Shown here piece after piece: positions 10,171 to 19,301 of a stretch of 62,436 nt of DNA. The notes beneath the pieces were generated by a model. That model worked only from the letters and a program-made list of their open reading frames with translations, had not been told where the DNA came from and did not search any database. Position numbers and translations under genes: made by a program. The stretch comes from a bacterium (GTDB lineage: Bacteria; Patescibacteriota; Minisyncoccia; Phycocordibacterales; UBA5272): contig JAHFMZ010000001.1 in NCBI GenBank assembly GCA_023267555.1, forward strand, positions 1 through 62,436. Reading direction: 5' to 3'. How positions within the stretch are numbered: position 1 is the first letter of the stretch; the number at the start of each line of letters is the position of its first letter.

Positions 10171-10917
10171 ATGGAAAAAAATACAAAAATTACATTATTT
10201 GTACTGGTTCTTATTATTGTTGGTATTTATATATACACTCTCCCTAGATTTTCAGAGGAAACCTCAAAAGTTAATAGAATATTCAAGAAGCAAACTACTC
10301 CGGCGCTTGTTTTATTGCAAGAAAAGGTTACAGGTGTTTATCCAGATAAACTAAAAATAACTTTCGTTAAGGATTCTGTAGAGAAAACAGTAATTATCAA
10401 TCCAAATACAAAAATTGAAAAGATTATTTCACAAAAAAATGCGAAAGGAGAAGTAGAAAAACAGGCTATTGTAGAAGTAAATATTAGTGATATAAAAAAG
10501 GGAAGTCTAGTAAATATTAATTATCAAACAGAAGTTTCCAATCAATTAAATGGTGTTAATAGTATTTCTTTTGTCGTAAATGGTAGTGTTGATAAACTGC
10601 AAATATCTAAACCAGACACCAATGTGTATATGAAGGGTGAAATTATTTCTGTTGATACCAGTAGTACCACTCAAAAGAGTATTAAATATAAAACTTACAG
10701 TTTAAATTCTACTGGAGCAACTGCAAATATGCTTGTTCCTGATGGAATTGCGATATACAAAGTATCTGATCAATCACGATTATCCATACTTCACGCACGC
10801 GTATCAATTACACTTGCTGATATAAAATCCAAACAAGTTGCTCTTTTTGTACTAGATACAAAAGCTCTTCAAAAAGGAAAAATTATTCCACAAGAGATTA
10901 TTATCTTAGATAAATAA
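10171..10917 (+). CDS. Membrane-anchored protein with two DUF5666-like OB-fold repeats
   Basis: N-terminal TM; NPNTKI...ISDIKKGSLV and KGEIISVD...LADIKSKQV repeats. Confidence 0.6.
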   Translation: MEKNTKITLFVLVLIIVGIYIYTLPRFSEETSKVNRIFKKQTTPALVLLQEKVTGVYPDKLKITFVKDSVEKTVIINPNTKIEKIISQKNAKGEVEKQAIVEVNISDIKKGSLVNINYQTEVSNQLNGVNSISFVVNGSVDKLQISKPDTNVYMKGEIISVDTSSTTQKSIKYKTYSLNSTGATANMLVPDGIAIYKVSDQSRLSILHARVSITLADIKSKQVALFVLDTKALQKGKIIPQEIIILDK

Positions 10918-10926
10918 AAAAAATAT

Positions 10927-12552
10927 ATGAAATTCTCAACACAAAAAATAAGCACATCCCTCATAAAGATTCTCTTTGTTTGTATTTTGTTGTTGGGTTT
11001 TTCTAATACCGCAGGGGCTCTTGATTGTTTGGCTTCTGGTACTCATACTTGGGGAAAATGTTCCGTACTTCTCGAATCCATACCTAGTTACTCAGGAGGT
11101 TTAAATGTTGGTCAAGCTATTACTTTAACAAATACAGCTTCTGGTTATTCTGGTTCTGAGACTTGGAGTTGTATAGCTGGTCCTGCGTGGAGTGGCCCAA
11201 CTAATTCTTCTTGTGTCGCTGTATGTCCAGCAGATTCTCCATATTCAGAGACTCGTTCTGGAGCTATCGCTCAATATTGTGCTGATTCGGGAGTGGTTTG
11301 TGGTACTGATTATCACTATGTTTCAAGTATATCTTGTCACGCAGCACCAGGTTGGGCTGCTTATGGAAATTCTTGTACAGCACCATCTTGTGGTGGTTGC
11401 GGTTGTGTCGCAGATCCTATCTCTGCATCTATCAATGCTGCTACTCCTGTATTATATGGTACGGCCTCTAATCTCGTATTACAATCATCGGGGGCAACTA
11501 GTTGTAATTTGTCTGGCATAGATCCAAATATATCTACGAATGTACGAGTAGATAGATCTACTGCCATTTTATATTCTAATCAGACATATGCCTTTGGTTG
11601 CAGTAACGCAAATAATAACACCAGCAGTGGATGGCAGTACAAGGAAGTGGTTGTGTGTGCCCAAGGACAAACAATAAGTGGCGGAAATTGTATCTCAGCG
11701 CCTGCTCCAACAACTACAGGTCTAGAAATACATCACACTCCGAATCCAGGTACAATTTATCCAACAACAAATTTTGTTATTTCTTGGAGTGGTGGAAGTA
11801 ATAGTCCAACATACTACAATGCATCTCTCTATAATACATCTCTTGGAAGTCTATATTATCCAAATCTTCTTATTGGAGATGGTACAACTTCTGGAAACAG
11901 GACAGCTACTACATTTCCTGGTGCTCCTAGTGGAGGACTCAGCGGAAGCTATCTCTTGAAGATTCAAGCCTGTAACTCCAGCGGTTGTAGTGATTGGGTT
12001 AATGGAACAACTCTTACAATCACTCCACCAATAGTTGCTCCAACAACTGCGTCGATAACCGTCACTCCTACCACCGTTTCTTCAAATCAAATATTCAGTG
12101 CTTCTTGGAGTGGAAACAATACACCAACATCATATAACGCGAAGATTCATAATACGAGTACTGGTGCTGATCTTACTTATACTGGGTTAACTACCACATC
12201 CTCAGGGGATTTAACTGCCGCAACGATTCCACTTGCCGTTGGAAGTTATATATTTCAGATTCAACCCTGCAACTCCGCTGGCTGTACTCCCGGATGGTTT
12301 GATTCAAACACTTTGTCAGTTGTTTTATCAACAGTGGTTATCGGTACATTTAATGCAAACAGCACGCCCGATAATTTAAATCTTCCATATGGAGGTGGTT
12401 CTGTCACACTTTCTTGGACAACAACAAATGCTACCAGCTGTACTATTACTGGTGGTGGACGAAATGACACATTCACCGGTGCTTCGGCATTGAATGGAAG
12501 CGAAACATTTAATGTTACAACATCTGCGACATATAATATTACCTGCCAGTAA
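10927..12552 (+). CDS. Secreted Cys/Ser/Thr-rich surface protein with tandem FN3/Ig-like repeats
   Basis: Signal peptide; Cys-rich N-half; duplicated SWSG..PT.YNA...GSY...IQ.CNS.GC unit; terminal VTLSWTTTNATSC. Confidence 0.75.
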   Translation: MKFSTQKISTSLIKILFVCILLLGFSNTAGALDCLASGTHTWGKCSVLLESIPSYSGGLNVGQAITLTNTASGYSGSETWSCIAGPAWSGPTNSSCVAVCPADSPYSETRSGAIAQYCADSGVVCGTDYHYVSSISCHAAPGWAAYGNSCTAPSCGGCGCVADPISASINAATPVLYGTASNLVLQSSGATSCNLSGIDPNISTNVRVDRSTAILYSNQTYAFGCSNANNNTSSGWQYKEVVVCAQGQTISGGNCISAPAPTTTGLEIHHTPNPGTIYPTTNFVISWSGGSNSPTYYNASLYNTSLGSLYYPNLLIGDGTTSGNRTATTFPGAPSGGLSGSYLLKIQACNSSGCSDWVNGTTLTITPPIVAPTTASITVTPTTVSSNQIFSASWSGNNTPTSYNAKIHNTSTGADLTYTGLTTTSSGDLTAATIPLAVGSYIFQIQPCNSAGCTPGWFDSNTLSVVLSTVVIGTFNANSTPDNLNLPYGGGSVTLSWTTTNATSCTITGGGRNDTFTGASALNGSETFNVTTSATYNITCQ

Positions 12553-12593
12553 ATAGTTTAGAGGTGAGAGTTAAGAGTAGAGAGGAACATAAA

Positions 12594-12616
12594 GAGCGAC
12601 CACGAAGTGGTCGCTC
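12594..12616. repeat. Family C palindrome
   Basis: Identical 23-bp core. Confidence 0.9.
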
Positions 12617-12639
12617 TTTAATGTTTTATATATTACGAT

Positions 12640-12766
12640 AGCCAATTCAAAAATTATTTCAGATACGCGAAGCCTAAGGATTTTTTGAGAGAGGTGTACT
12701 TAAATGTACAGTGAATGAGAAAAATCCTGTAGCGACAAAGTAGATGGAATGATTTTAGAATTGGTT
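12640..12766 (-). repeat. Family A hairpin element, reverse orientation
   Basis: Reverse complement reads CATCTACTTTGTCGCTAC...GTAC-loop-GTAC...TAGGCTTCGCGTATCTG. Confidence 0.85.
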
Positions 12767-12810
12767 CATTATTTGTAACAACAATGACCTAGATTTGGTA
12801 TACTATATTT

Positions 12811-14154
12811 ATGAGACGAATATTCGCTAGTTTTATTGTTGCTCTTTTATTTGTCACTGGGGCTACTTATGTATTTGCTCAATCTCGTGAACAACTCGAG
12901 GCAGATTTGGCAAATTTGGAAGCACAAATACAAGCATTAACAAATAGTATTACTCAAACCAAACAACAAGGCACGTCACTCAAAAATGATATTGCTATTC
13001 TTGCTGACAAAATAGCCAAAGCCAAACAAAATATAAAAACTCACGATGCGGCCATATCTGTACTTAATCGAAATATATCCGAGAAGAATCAGACAATAAA
13101 TGTTCTTGATTCAAAAATGGAACGCGAAAAAGATTCTCTTGCGCAAATTATGCGAAAGACAAGATATTTAGAACAGTATTCACTTCTTGATTTCAGTCTT
13201 CAATCACAAAGTCTCTCATCTTTTTTTTCTGATGCTGATTCTTTCTCTACACTCAATCGTGCTATCAATGATAGTTTGCAAGATATTCGTAATACAGAAT
13301 CGGATATTGAAACAGCAAAATCTCAATTAGAAGTTGCAAAAGATTCAGAAACTCAAAAGAAACTTGCTCAAGAAGCGCTCAAGAAGACAGTAGAAATAAA
13401 TCAAAAAGAAAAAAATACACTTCTTTCTATTACAAAAAATCAAGAAACGGCATATAAAAAAGTATTAGCAGATCGTGAAAAAGAAGCTGCACAAATTCGT
13501 GCTCGTCTCTTTGATCTTCGTGATGTGGCAGCTATTTCATTTGGTCAGGCTTATGATTTTGCTTTAGCCGCGTCCAAAACTACAGGTGTTCGTCCTGCAC
13601 TTATTTTGGCTATTTTGATGCAAGAATCATCTCTTGGTATAAATGTTGGTGCTTGTTATTTGAGTAATCCTCAAACAGGAAATGGTGTAAGTATAAAAAC
13701 TGGAGAGATAAGAAATAGAGTTATGAATCCGACTCGCGATGTTCCTATTTTTAGTAGGCTTCTTCCGAAACTTGGACGTGATATGTCAAAGACTCCAGTA
13801 TCTTGTTGGATTGCAGCGTACAGTGGAGGTCAACCAAGTGGTTGGGGAGGAGCGATGGGGCCATCACAGTTTATTCCATCAACGTGGCAATTATTTGAAA
13901 GTAGAATTGAAAGTGTTACAGGTGCATCCCAAGCCGATCCTTGGATTCCATATCACGCAATCACAGCGACATCACTTTATTTGGCCGATTTGGGTGCGGT
14001 AGCCGGAAATGAAGCTAGCGAAAGAAACGCTGCTTGTAAATATTATTCGGGTAGATCTTGTGCTTCATCTTCGGCAGGTGCTGGCTATGGTAATTCTGTG
14101 ATGAAGAAATTATATGCAATGCAGGCGGACATTGATAAGCTTCAAAATAAATAA
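12811..14154 (+). CDS. Secreted coiled-coil protein with lytic transglycosylase (SLT-like) domain
   Basis: Signal peptide; long coiled coil; ILAILMQESS; GAMGPSQFIPSTW. Confidence 0.85.
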   Translation: MRRIFASFIVALLFVTGATYVFAQSREQLEADLANLEAQIQALTNSITQTKQQGTSLKNDIAILADKIAKAKQNIKTHDAAISVLNRNISEKNQTINVLDSKMEREKDSLAQIMRKTRYLEQYSLLDFSLQSQSLSSFFSDADSFSTLNRAINDSLQDIRNTESDIETAKSQLEVAKDSETQKKLAQEALKKTVEINQKEKNTLLSITKNQETAYKKVLADREKEAAQIRARLFDLRDVAAISFGQAYDFALAASKTTGVRPALILAILMQESSLGINVGACYLSNPQTGNGVSIKTGEIRNRVMNPTRDVPIFSRLLPKLGRDMSKTPVSCWIAAYSGGQPSGWGGAMGPSQFIPSTWQLFESRIESVTGASQADPWIPYHAITATSLYLADLGAVAGNEASERNAACKYYSGRSCASSSAGAGYGNSVMKKLYAMQADIDKLQNK

Positions 14155-14221
14155 AATAAGGAAAAATTTGCCTGTTCCGGTGCTTGTTTTTTGTTTATAA
14201 ATGTGTTAATATTGCGTAACT

Positions 14222-14431
14222 ATGAAATCAGAAATTCATCCAACATATTTTGAAAAAGCAACCGCAACTTGTGCTTGTGGTGCCAAATATACTGTTGGCT
14301 CAACAAAAGAAAAGATAGAAGTTGAAATCTGTCAGGCTTGTCATCCTTTTTATACGGGGCTAGAAAAAGTACTCGATACAACCGGACGTGTCGACAAATT
14401 CAAAAAACGTTCTGCAGCAGCTAAAAAATAA
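14222..14431 (+). CDS. rpmE: 50S ribosomal protein L31 (Zn-binding type)
   Basis: MKSEIHPTY, CACG, CQACHPFYTG, GRVDKF. Confidence 0.96.
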   Translation: MKSEIHPTYFEKATATCACGAKYTVGSTKEKIEVEICQACHPFYTGLEKVLDTTGRVDKFKKRSAAAKK

Positions 14432-14538
14432 CTCATCTGCTTTGTTAAAAGGCGCAGTTCCTCGTCAACGTACTACGCGTACGCCTCCATCGGAACTGCG
14501 CCTTTTGCCGCGCATCTGAATCATTTTTTAACTGCTGC
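14414..14538 (+). repeat. Family A hairpin element overlapping the rpmE stop
   Basis: GCAGCAGCTAAAAAAT/ATTTTTTAACTGCTGC ends; CATCTGCTTTGT, GTCAACGTAC/GTACGCCTCC, GCGCATCTGA. Confidence 0.85.
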
Positions 14539-14570
14539 GAAATACTTCAAATTATTTTGCTATACTAACA

Positions 14571-15545
14571 ATGATTATGAATTTAGAAGACTTTAAAAAT
14601 AATCCTCGCACTGCCTATCTCGCCCAAGAATACGAGCGACTTTTGAATGCAAAAAATGAAGCAGAGCAACTTCTCGTAGATGAGTCGATGAAAGAGTTAG
14701 CTCAAAGTGAAATAGATACTCTTACTCCACAAATAGAATCTCTTTGGAAACAAATGGAAGACATCGCAACAGTTGCCAAAGAAGAAGATGCCAAACCCAA
14801 AGCGATGATTTTGGAAATCTCAGCTGGTGCAGGCGGAGACGAGTCCACACTTTTTGCTGCCGAACTCGCTTCTGCATATTCACTTTATTGTGAAGCACAC
14901 AAAATTGGTTTTGAAAAAGTTGACGATTCACAAAGTGAAGTCGGTGGATATAAATATGCTTCTTTTGAAATCAAAGGCAAAGACGCGTGGGATACATTTA
15001 AATATGAAAGTGGAGTGCATCGTGTACAGCGTATTCCAGATACTGAAAAAAACGGTCGCGTGCATACTTCCACCATCACTGTTTCGGTTATGCCTATTCG
15101 TGAACAAAAAAAGGTGACAATCAATCCCGCCGATTTAGAAATCGAAACGTCACGCTCAGGTGGTGCTGGTGGACAAAATGTAAACAAAGTCGAAACAGCT
15201 GTGCGCGTGATACACAAGCCGACAGGCATCGCCATTCGTTGTACTATCGAACGCAGTCAATTAAAAAATAAAGAACGTGCACTTCAAATGCTTCAAGCCA
15301 AACTCGATCAATTAGAAGCCGAAAGAGAAGGTACAGATTTTCGTGGAGAGAAGCGTTCGCAAGTTGGTACAGGTGATAGAAGTGAAAAAATCAGAACATA
15401 TAATTTCCCACAAGACCGCGTGACCGACCATCGTATCAAAGAATCCTGGCACGGCTTACCAAAAATTATGGAAGGCAACCTCGACCCAATCTTCACCGCT
15501 CTCCAAAACTTCCAAGGCGACTTCACTGAAGGGGATGAAGAGTAA
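14571..15545 (+). CDS. prfA: Peptide chain release factor 1
   Basis: GGQ motif; PxT motif in [10 protein letters not shown]. Confidence 0.93.
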   Translation: MIMNLEDFKNNPRTAYLAQEYERLLNAKNEAEQLLVDESMKELAQSEIDTLTPQIESLWKQMEDIATVAKEEDAKPKAMILEISAGAGGDESTLFAAELASAYSLYCEAHKIGFEKVDDSQSEVGGYKYASFEIKGKDAWDTFKYESGVHRVQRIPDTEKNGRVHTSTITVSVMPIREQKKVTINPADLEIETSRSGGAGGQNVNKVETAVRVIHKPTGIAIRCTIERSQLKNKERALQMLQAKLDQLEAEREGTDFRGEKRSQVGTGDRSEKIRTYNFPQDRVTDHRIKESWHGLPKIMEGNLDPIFTALQNFQGDFTEGDEE

Positions 15546-15582
15546 AGCTTTACAAAGTTGTTACAAGGTGTAGTATTGCGGT

Positions 15583-16230
15583 ATGAATAATACAGATATA
15601 TTTTTTCAGTTATCTTCAGCGATTGCGACAGTTTTAACAGCGGGTGTTGCATATTGGTTGTACAGGTTACAAAAAAATGCTGACTTTGAAAGTGGGGCAA
15701 GAATTGTTGTTTTGGAAATAAAAGAAGCTGAAAAAACAATAAGAGCTCTCTTGGAAATAAGAAATAGCGCTCCTGATGTTAACGCTACTATATATCCTGA
15801 AGACGTTGTTAAGATTGTTCCTAATAAATCTTGGAATAAATATTCTCATTTTTTCATAAAAAAACTTTCCAATGACGAATATGATTTAATAAATAATTTT
15901 TATAGCCAGTGTAGTTTACTAGAAAAATATTTAGAAAAAAATTCTCAATTTTTCTGGATTTCTGCAGAAGAAAGGGCAAGGTTAGCAGAAATCGTAGCAT
16001 CTAAAATAGCACACGAGTATTCATCCAAGGATACAGCACCAACAATTGAGCAAATAAACGCCGAGTTTGTTAATTATGAAAAGTTATTTTATGCTATGAA
16101 TTCACTTTATAGGCCACAGAGAACTACTACTAGTATAAATAAGTTACTTTCGTCTGTTGAATTTATATCTAGAACAACAGCTTGGAACTCATTAAAAAAA
16201 CTTGCCGATTATAAAGATGTTTTAGGGTGA
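15583..16230 (+). CDS. Hypothetical protein with N-terminal TM
   Basis: 215-aa ORF; no family recognised. Confidence 0.7.
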   Translation: MNNTDIFFQLSSAIATVLTAGVAYWLYRLQKNADFESGARIVVLEIKEAEKTIRALLEIRNSAPDVNATIYPEDVVKIVPNKSWNKYSHFFIKKLSNDEYDLINNFYSQCSLLEKYLEKNSQFFWISAEERARLAEIVASKIAHEYSSKDTAPTIEQINAEFVNYEKLFYAMNSLYRPQRTTTSINKLLSSVEFISRTTAWNSLKKLADYKDVLG

Positions 16231-16279
16231 TTTCATTCTCGGTATTCCCAAACCCCTAATTCTGTGCTAGAATAGTCAT

Positions 16280-16395
16280 ATTCATCCAATCGGGCAAATC
16301 AGGATTTGGACACCTGAGCATACTCATCCGCGCATTACAGACGCTTGCAAAACTTGCATTAAGGAGGACGAGTACTGTGGCACGAGGCAAATGTT
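16280..16395 (+). ncRNA. Candidate structured RNA or rpsB leader
   Basis: GC-richer stretch after an extended -10 (TGCTAGAAT); stems TCAGG/CCTGA and TACTCATCC/GGACGAGTA. Confidence 0.4.
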
Positions 16396-16485
16396 TATTA
16401 TTAAAAAATAATGTTTTAGAATTTTGTATTGGGTGTTTGTATTTACTACTTTCTACCTTCTTCTTTCTACTACACTAATCAACTT

Positions 16486-17166
16486 ATGTCATCAAATATA
16501 ACAACGGAGGCACTAAAAAATGCAGGTCTCCAATATGGATACTCACGTACTCGTCGTCACCCATCTACAAAACCTTTTATTGAAGGTAATCATAATGGTG
16601 TCGATTTTATCAATCTCGAAAAAACACAAGAGCAGTTAGAAAATGCTTTAACTTTCCTTTCTTCTATGAAGAATGCTGGTAAGGTTATTCTTTTTGTCGG
16701 TGTAAAGCCAGAAATTCGTCAAATCGTAAAAGAAGTTGCTCTTTCATTAAATGCACCATACATCGCAGAAAGATTTATTGGTGGTACACTCACAAATTTT
16801 CCACAAATCAAGAAGCGTATTGAAAAGTTGCACGAACTTTTGAAGAAAAAGGAAACAGGAGAGCTCAATGTTTATACAAAAAAGGAACAGCTACTCATTC
16901 AACGCGACATAGACAGACTAGACCGTGATTTCGGTGGTATTTCTTCACTTACAAATATCCCTCACGCTATTGTTGTGATCGATCCACGTCACGAAGATAT
17001 GTGTATCAAGGAAGCAAAACGTCTCCACATACCTGTGGTTGCACTTTCAAACACTGATTGTAAAATAGATGGTATAGAGTATCCAATCGTTGGAAATGAC
17101 GGTTCAGTCTCTTCTATCCGTTTTGTACTTGAAGCAATCAAGGAAGCTCTCCAAATCGAAGCATAA
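16486..17166 (+). CDS. rpsB: 30S ribosomal protein S2
   Basis: ILFVGVK, RFIGGTLTNF, IPVVALSNTDC, IVGND; start at ATG 16486. Confidence 0.95.
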   Translation: MSSNITTEALKNAGLQYGYSRTRRHPSTKPFIEGNHNGVDFINLEKTQEQLENALTFLSSMKNAGKVILFVGVKPEIRQIVKEVALSLNAPYIAERFIGGTLTNFPQIKKRIEKLHELLKKKETGELNVYTKKEQLLIQRDIDRLDRDFGGISSLTNIPHAIVVIDPRHEDMCIKEAKRLHIPVVALSNTDCKIDGIEYPIVGNDGSVSSIRFVLEAIKEALQIEA

Positions 17167-17194
17167 TAATTTGTAATTAACTCTTATTTAAACT

Positions 17195-17665
17195 ATGGAC
17201 ATAATCAAAGAACTCCGCGAAGAAACAGGCTTATCTTTTGCTCAAATCAAGAAAGCTCTCGATGAAGCAAATGGTGACAAAGAAAAAGCTCGCACAATAC
17301 TTTCAGCCTATTCATCTACTCAAGCCGAAAAGAAAGCCGACCGCGAATTGGGTGCCGGTATTGTTTCTTCATATATACATTCAACTGGAACAGTTGGAGT
17401 GTTGCTAGAGCTTGGTTGCGAAACAGATTTCGTTGCCAAGAATGAAGAATTCAAAACTTTAGCCCACGATATTGCTATGCATATTTGTGCTATGTCTCCG
17501 ACATCAATCAACAATGAAGATGGTGCCGGTGAAGAAACTGCACTTATGAAGCAACCGTTTATAAAAAATCCAGAAACAACTGTCGAGCAAAAGATTCAAG
17601 CAGCGATACAAAAGTTTGGTGAAAATACAAAAGTAATAAAATTTGTCCGTTATAGTATCTTCTAG
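17195..17665 (+). CDS. tsf: Elongation factor Ts (short form)
   Basis: IKELREETG, KKAL, CETDFVA; follows rpsB. Confidence 0.94.
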   Translation: MDIIKELREETGLSFAQIKKALDEANGDKEKARTILSAYSSTQAEKKADRELGAGIVSSYIHSTGTVGVLLELGCETDFVAKNEEFKTLAHDIAMHICAMSPTSINNEDGAGEETALMKQPFIKNPETTVEQKIQAAIQKFGENTKVIKFVRYSIF

Positions 17666-17675
17666 ATATATAAAT

Positions 17676-18065
17676 ATGTTACTACTCATTTTATTAATAA
17701 GCGGAATACTAGTCGCAATCGGTGCGTCACTTATTCTCGTGATTCAATATTATCGTGTAAAACTAGGAGTAGTTAAAATTGATCCAAAATATAATGGTCC
17801 AGCACAAGTATCAAAAACTTTGCACGCCATCATTCGTTATTTACTTAGACGAAGTGTTCATTTTAGAAAGTTTATGATGCAATACATAGCACACTTGGCT
17901 GTGCGTGTGATGTATTACATCGACAAATTGTCTACACATTTATATTCACGTTCACGAAATTGGTTTGTGCAAAATGCCGTGCGAAACAGAGGGACAGTGC
18001 CACATTTTTGGGAACATTTGAAAGTTTATAAGCAAGAGATGGATCGTGAGCGTGAAGAAGAATAG
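17676..18065 (+). CDS. Hypothetical membrane protein
   Basis: Hydrophobic N-terminus; ATG at 17676. Confidence 0.7.
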   Translation: MLLLILLISGILVAIGASLILVIQYYRVKLGVVKIDPKYNGPAQVSKTLHAIIRYLLRRSVHFRKFMMQYIAHLAVRVMYYIDKLSTHLYSRSRNWFVQNAVRNRGTVPHFWEHLKVYKQEMDREREEE

Positions 18066-18067
18066 CT

Positions 18068-18190
18068 CCTGCTTCCAAAATTACTTCATCTTCGTTGTTG
18101 CGGGTCCCTGCGAGATCGTCATCGTACTATTAAGTACGTCTCCTCGTTCGCTTTCCCGCGCCTAGAATCTAAAGCAATTTTTGAAACGGC
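18068..18190 (+). repeat. Family A hairpin element (divergent), after stop codon
   Basis: CAAAATTACTTCATCT...GTCATCGTAC-loop-GTACGTCTCC...ATCTAAAGCAATTTTTG. Confidence 0.75.
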
Positions 18191-18263
18191 TGACGTAGTT
18201 CTGTTGGGGTGACAAAATAATGAAAAAATGATAGGATATTGTATATTGTTTCAGTGTTAATAT

Positions 18264-18330
18264 GCCGCTTTAGCTCAGTTGGCACGAGCGCAAGCGAGAT
18301 TGTCAAAAGCCAACGGTTTCAAAACCGTAT
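18264..18330 (+). pseudogene. Interrupted duplicate of the tRNA-Thr 5' half
   Basis: TTAATATGCCGCTTTAGCTCAGTTGG repeated at 18257 and 18365; altered anticodon arm ACGGTTTCAAAACCGT. Confidence 0.7.
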
Positions 18331-18371
18331 AAAATTGACACGTTATTTTATTTAGTTGAAATATTTAATAT

Positions 18372-18447
18372 GCCGCTTTAGCTCAGTTGGTAGAGCAACG
18401 GTTTTGTAAACCGTAGGTCCTCAGTTCGAATCTGAGAAGCGGCTCCA
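18372..18447 (+). tRNA. tRNA-Thr(UGU)
   Basis: Cloverleaf; ACGGT-TTTGTAA-ACCGT; encoded CCA. Confidence 0.96.
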
Positions 18448-18588
18448 TAATAAGCGGAGCTTATTATTAAATGTGCCGCTTCAGGATGCCACCTGCGTGG
18501 CATCCGACAGATTCGAATAGGGGTCGCGAAGTCTTTTGTTTTGAACAAAGTGAAAAACTGACTTCGTGACCGAATCTGAGAAGCGGCT
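18448..18588 (+). mobile_element. Family B tRNA-3'-end element on tRNA-Thr
   Basis: Split antisense GCCGCTTC/CAGATTCGAA; GGGTCG...GTGACC hairpin; direct repeat GAATCTGAGAAGCGGCT. Confidence 0.75.
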
Positions 18589-18602
18589 ATCTAGTACACA
18601 TT

Positions 18603-19295
18603 ATGTTCGACATCAAAAAATACATTTTCACTTTTGTCATCACTGCAGCAATATTTGCTACGGCATTTTTTACATCGACTTTTTTTTCAAATAAACGTGT
18701 TGAAACTGTAAAATCTATTCAAGACAATATCGCAATTGATATTCTCTCAAGTGAGACACAATTTTCACTTCTCGGAGAAGTTCCTTGTTCAAATGTGAAT
18801 GACAGCAGTCTTTCCCCAGAACTTTCTACTCTCGGTGATAAATTATCCAAAACAGAAAATGAGCGCGGTTCAACAGATACCGATGTGGTTTATTTAAAGA
18901 AATATTATTCTCTACTTCAAATTAAAGATTATATTCTTTCAAAAAAGTTAGTTGAGAAATGTGGTGTTGCCAAAAAACCAGTTTTCATTATTTATTTTTA
19001 CTCAAACAAAGGAGATTGTGCAGATTGTCAGAAGGAAGGTTTTGTTCTTACTCGATTAAAAGAAATTTATCCAGACTTGCGCGTGTATTCATTTGATTAC
19101 AATCTAGAATTGGCTGCAATTGATTCGATGAAAGCCATTTATCGTATCAAATCCTCACTTCCTGCCCTTGTTATAGAAGACAAAACATATATTGGTTTTA
19201 AATCGATAGAAGATCTAGAAACACTTCTTCCAGATACTCTCAAGGTCGCGACATCAACCACAGCAACTGCAACAAGTACCAAGCGTACTAAATAA
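18603..19295 (+). CDS. Membrane-anchored protein with thioredoxin-like CxxC domain
   Basis: N-terminal TM; IYFYS...CADC; LPALVI. Confidence 0.7.
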   Translation: MFDIKKYIFTFVITAAIFATAFFTSTFFSNKRVETVKSIQDNIAIDILSSETQFSLLGEVPCSNVNDSSLSPELSTLGDKLSKTENERGSTDTDVVYLKKYYSLLQIKDYILSKKLVEKCGVAKKPVFIIYFYSNKGDCADCQKEGFVLTRLKEIYPDLRVYSFDYNLELAAIDSMKAIYRIKSSLPALVIEDKTYIGFKSIEDLETLLPDTLKVATSTTATATSTKRTK

Positions 19296-19301
19296 TTTCG
19301 T

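Noticed and set aside
8412..12616. Three identical palindromic repeats as a CRISPR array or integron attC array
   Set aside because: Spacing is 1.6 and 2.5 kb, no cas gene or integron integrase is present, and the repeats lack attC RYYYAAC/GTTRRRY ends
17195..17665. Short EF-Ts (also short PheS, ThrRS, ValRS) as pseudogenes
   Set aside because: Catalytic motifs are intact with clean starts and stops; domain loss is expected in reduced genomes
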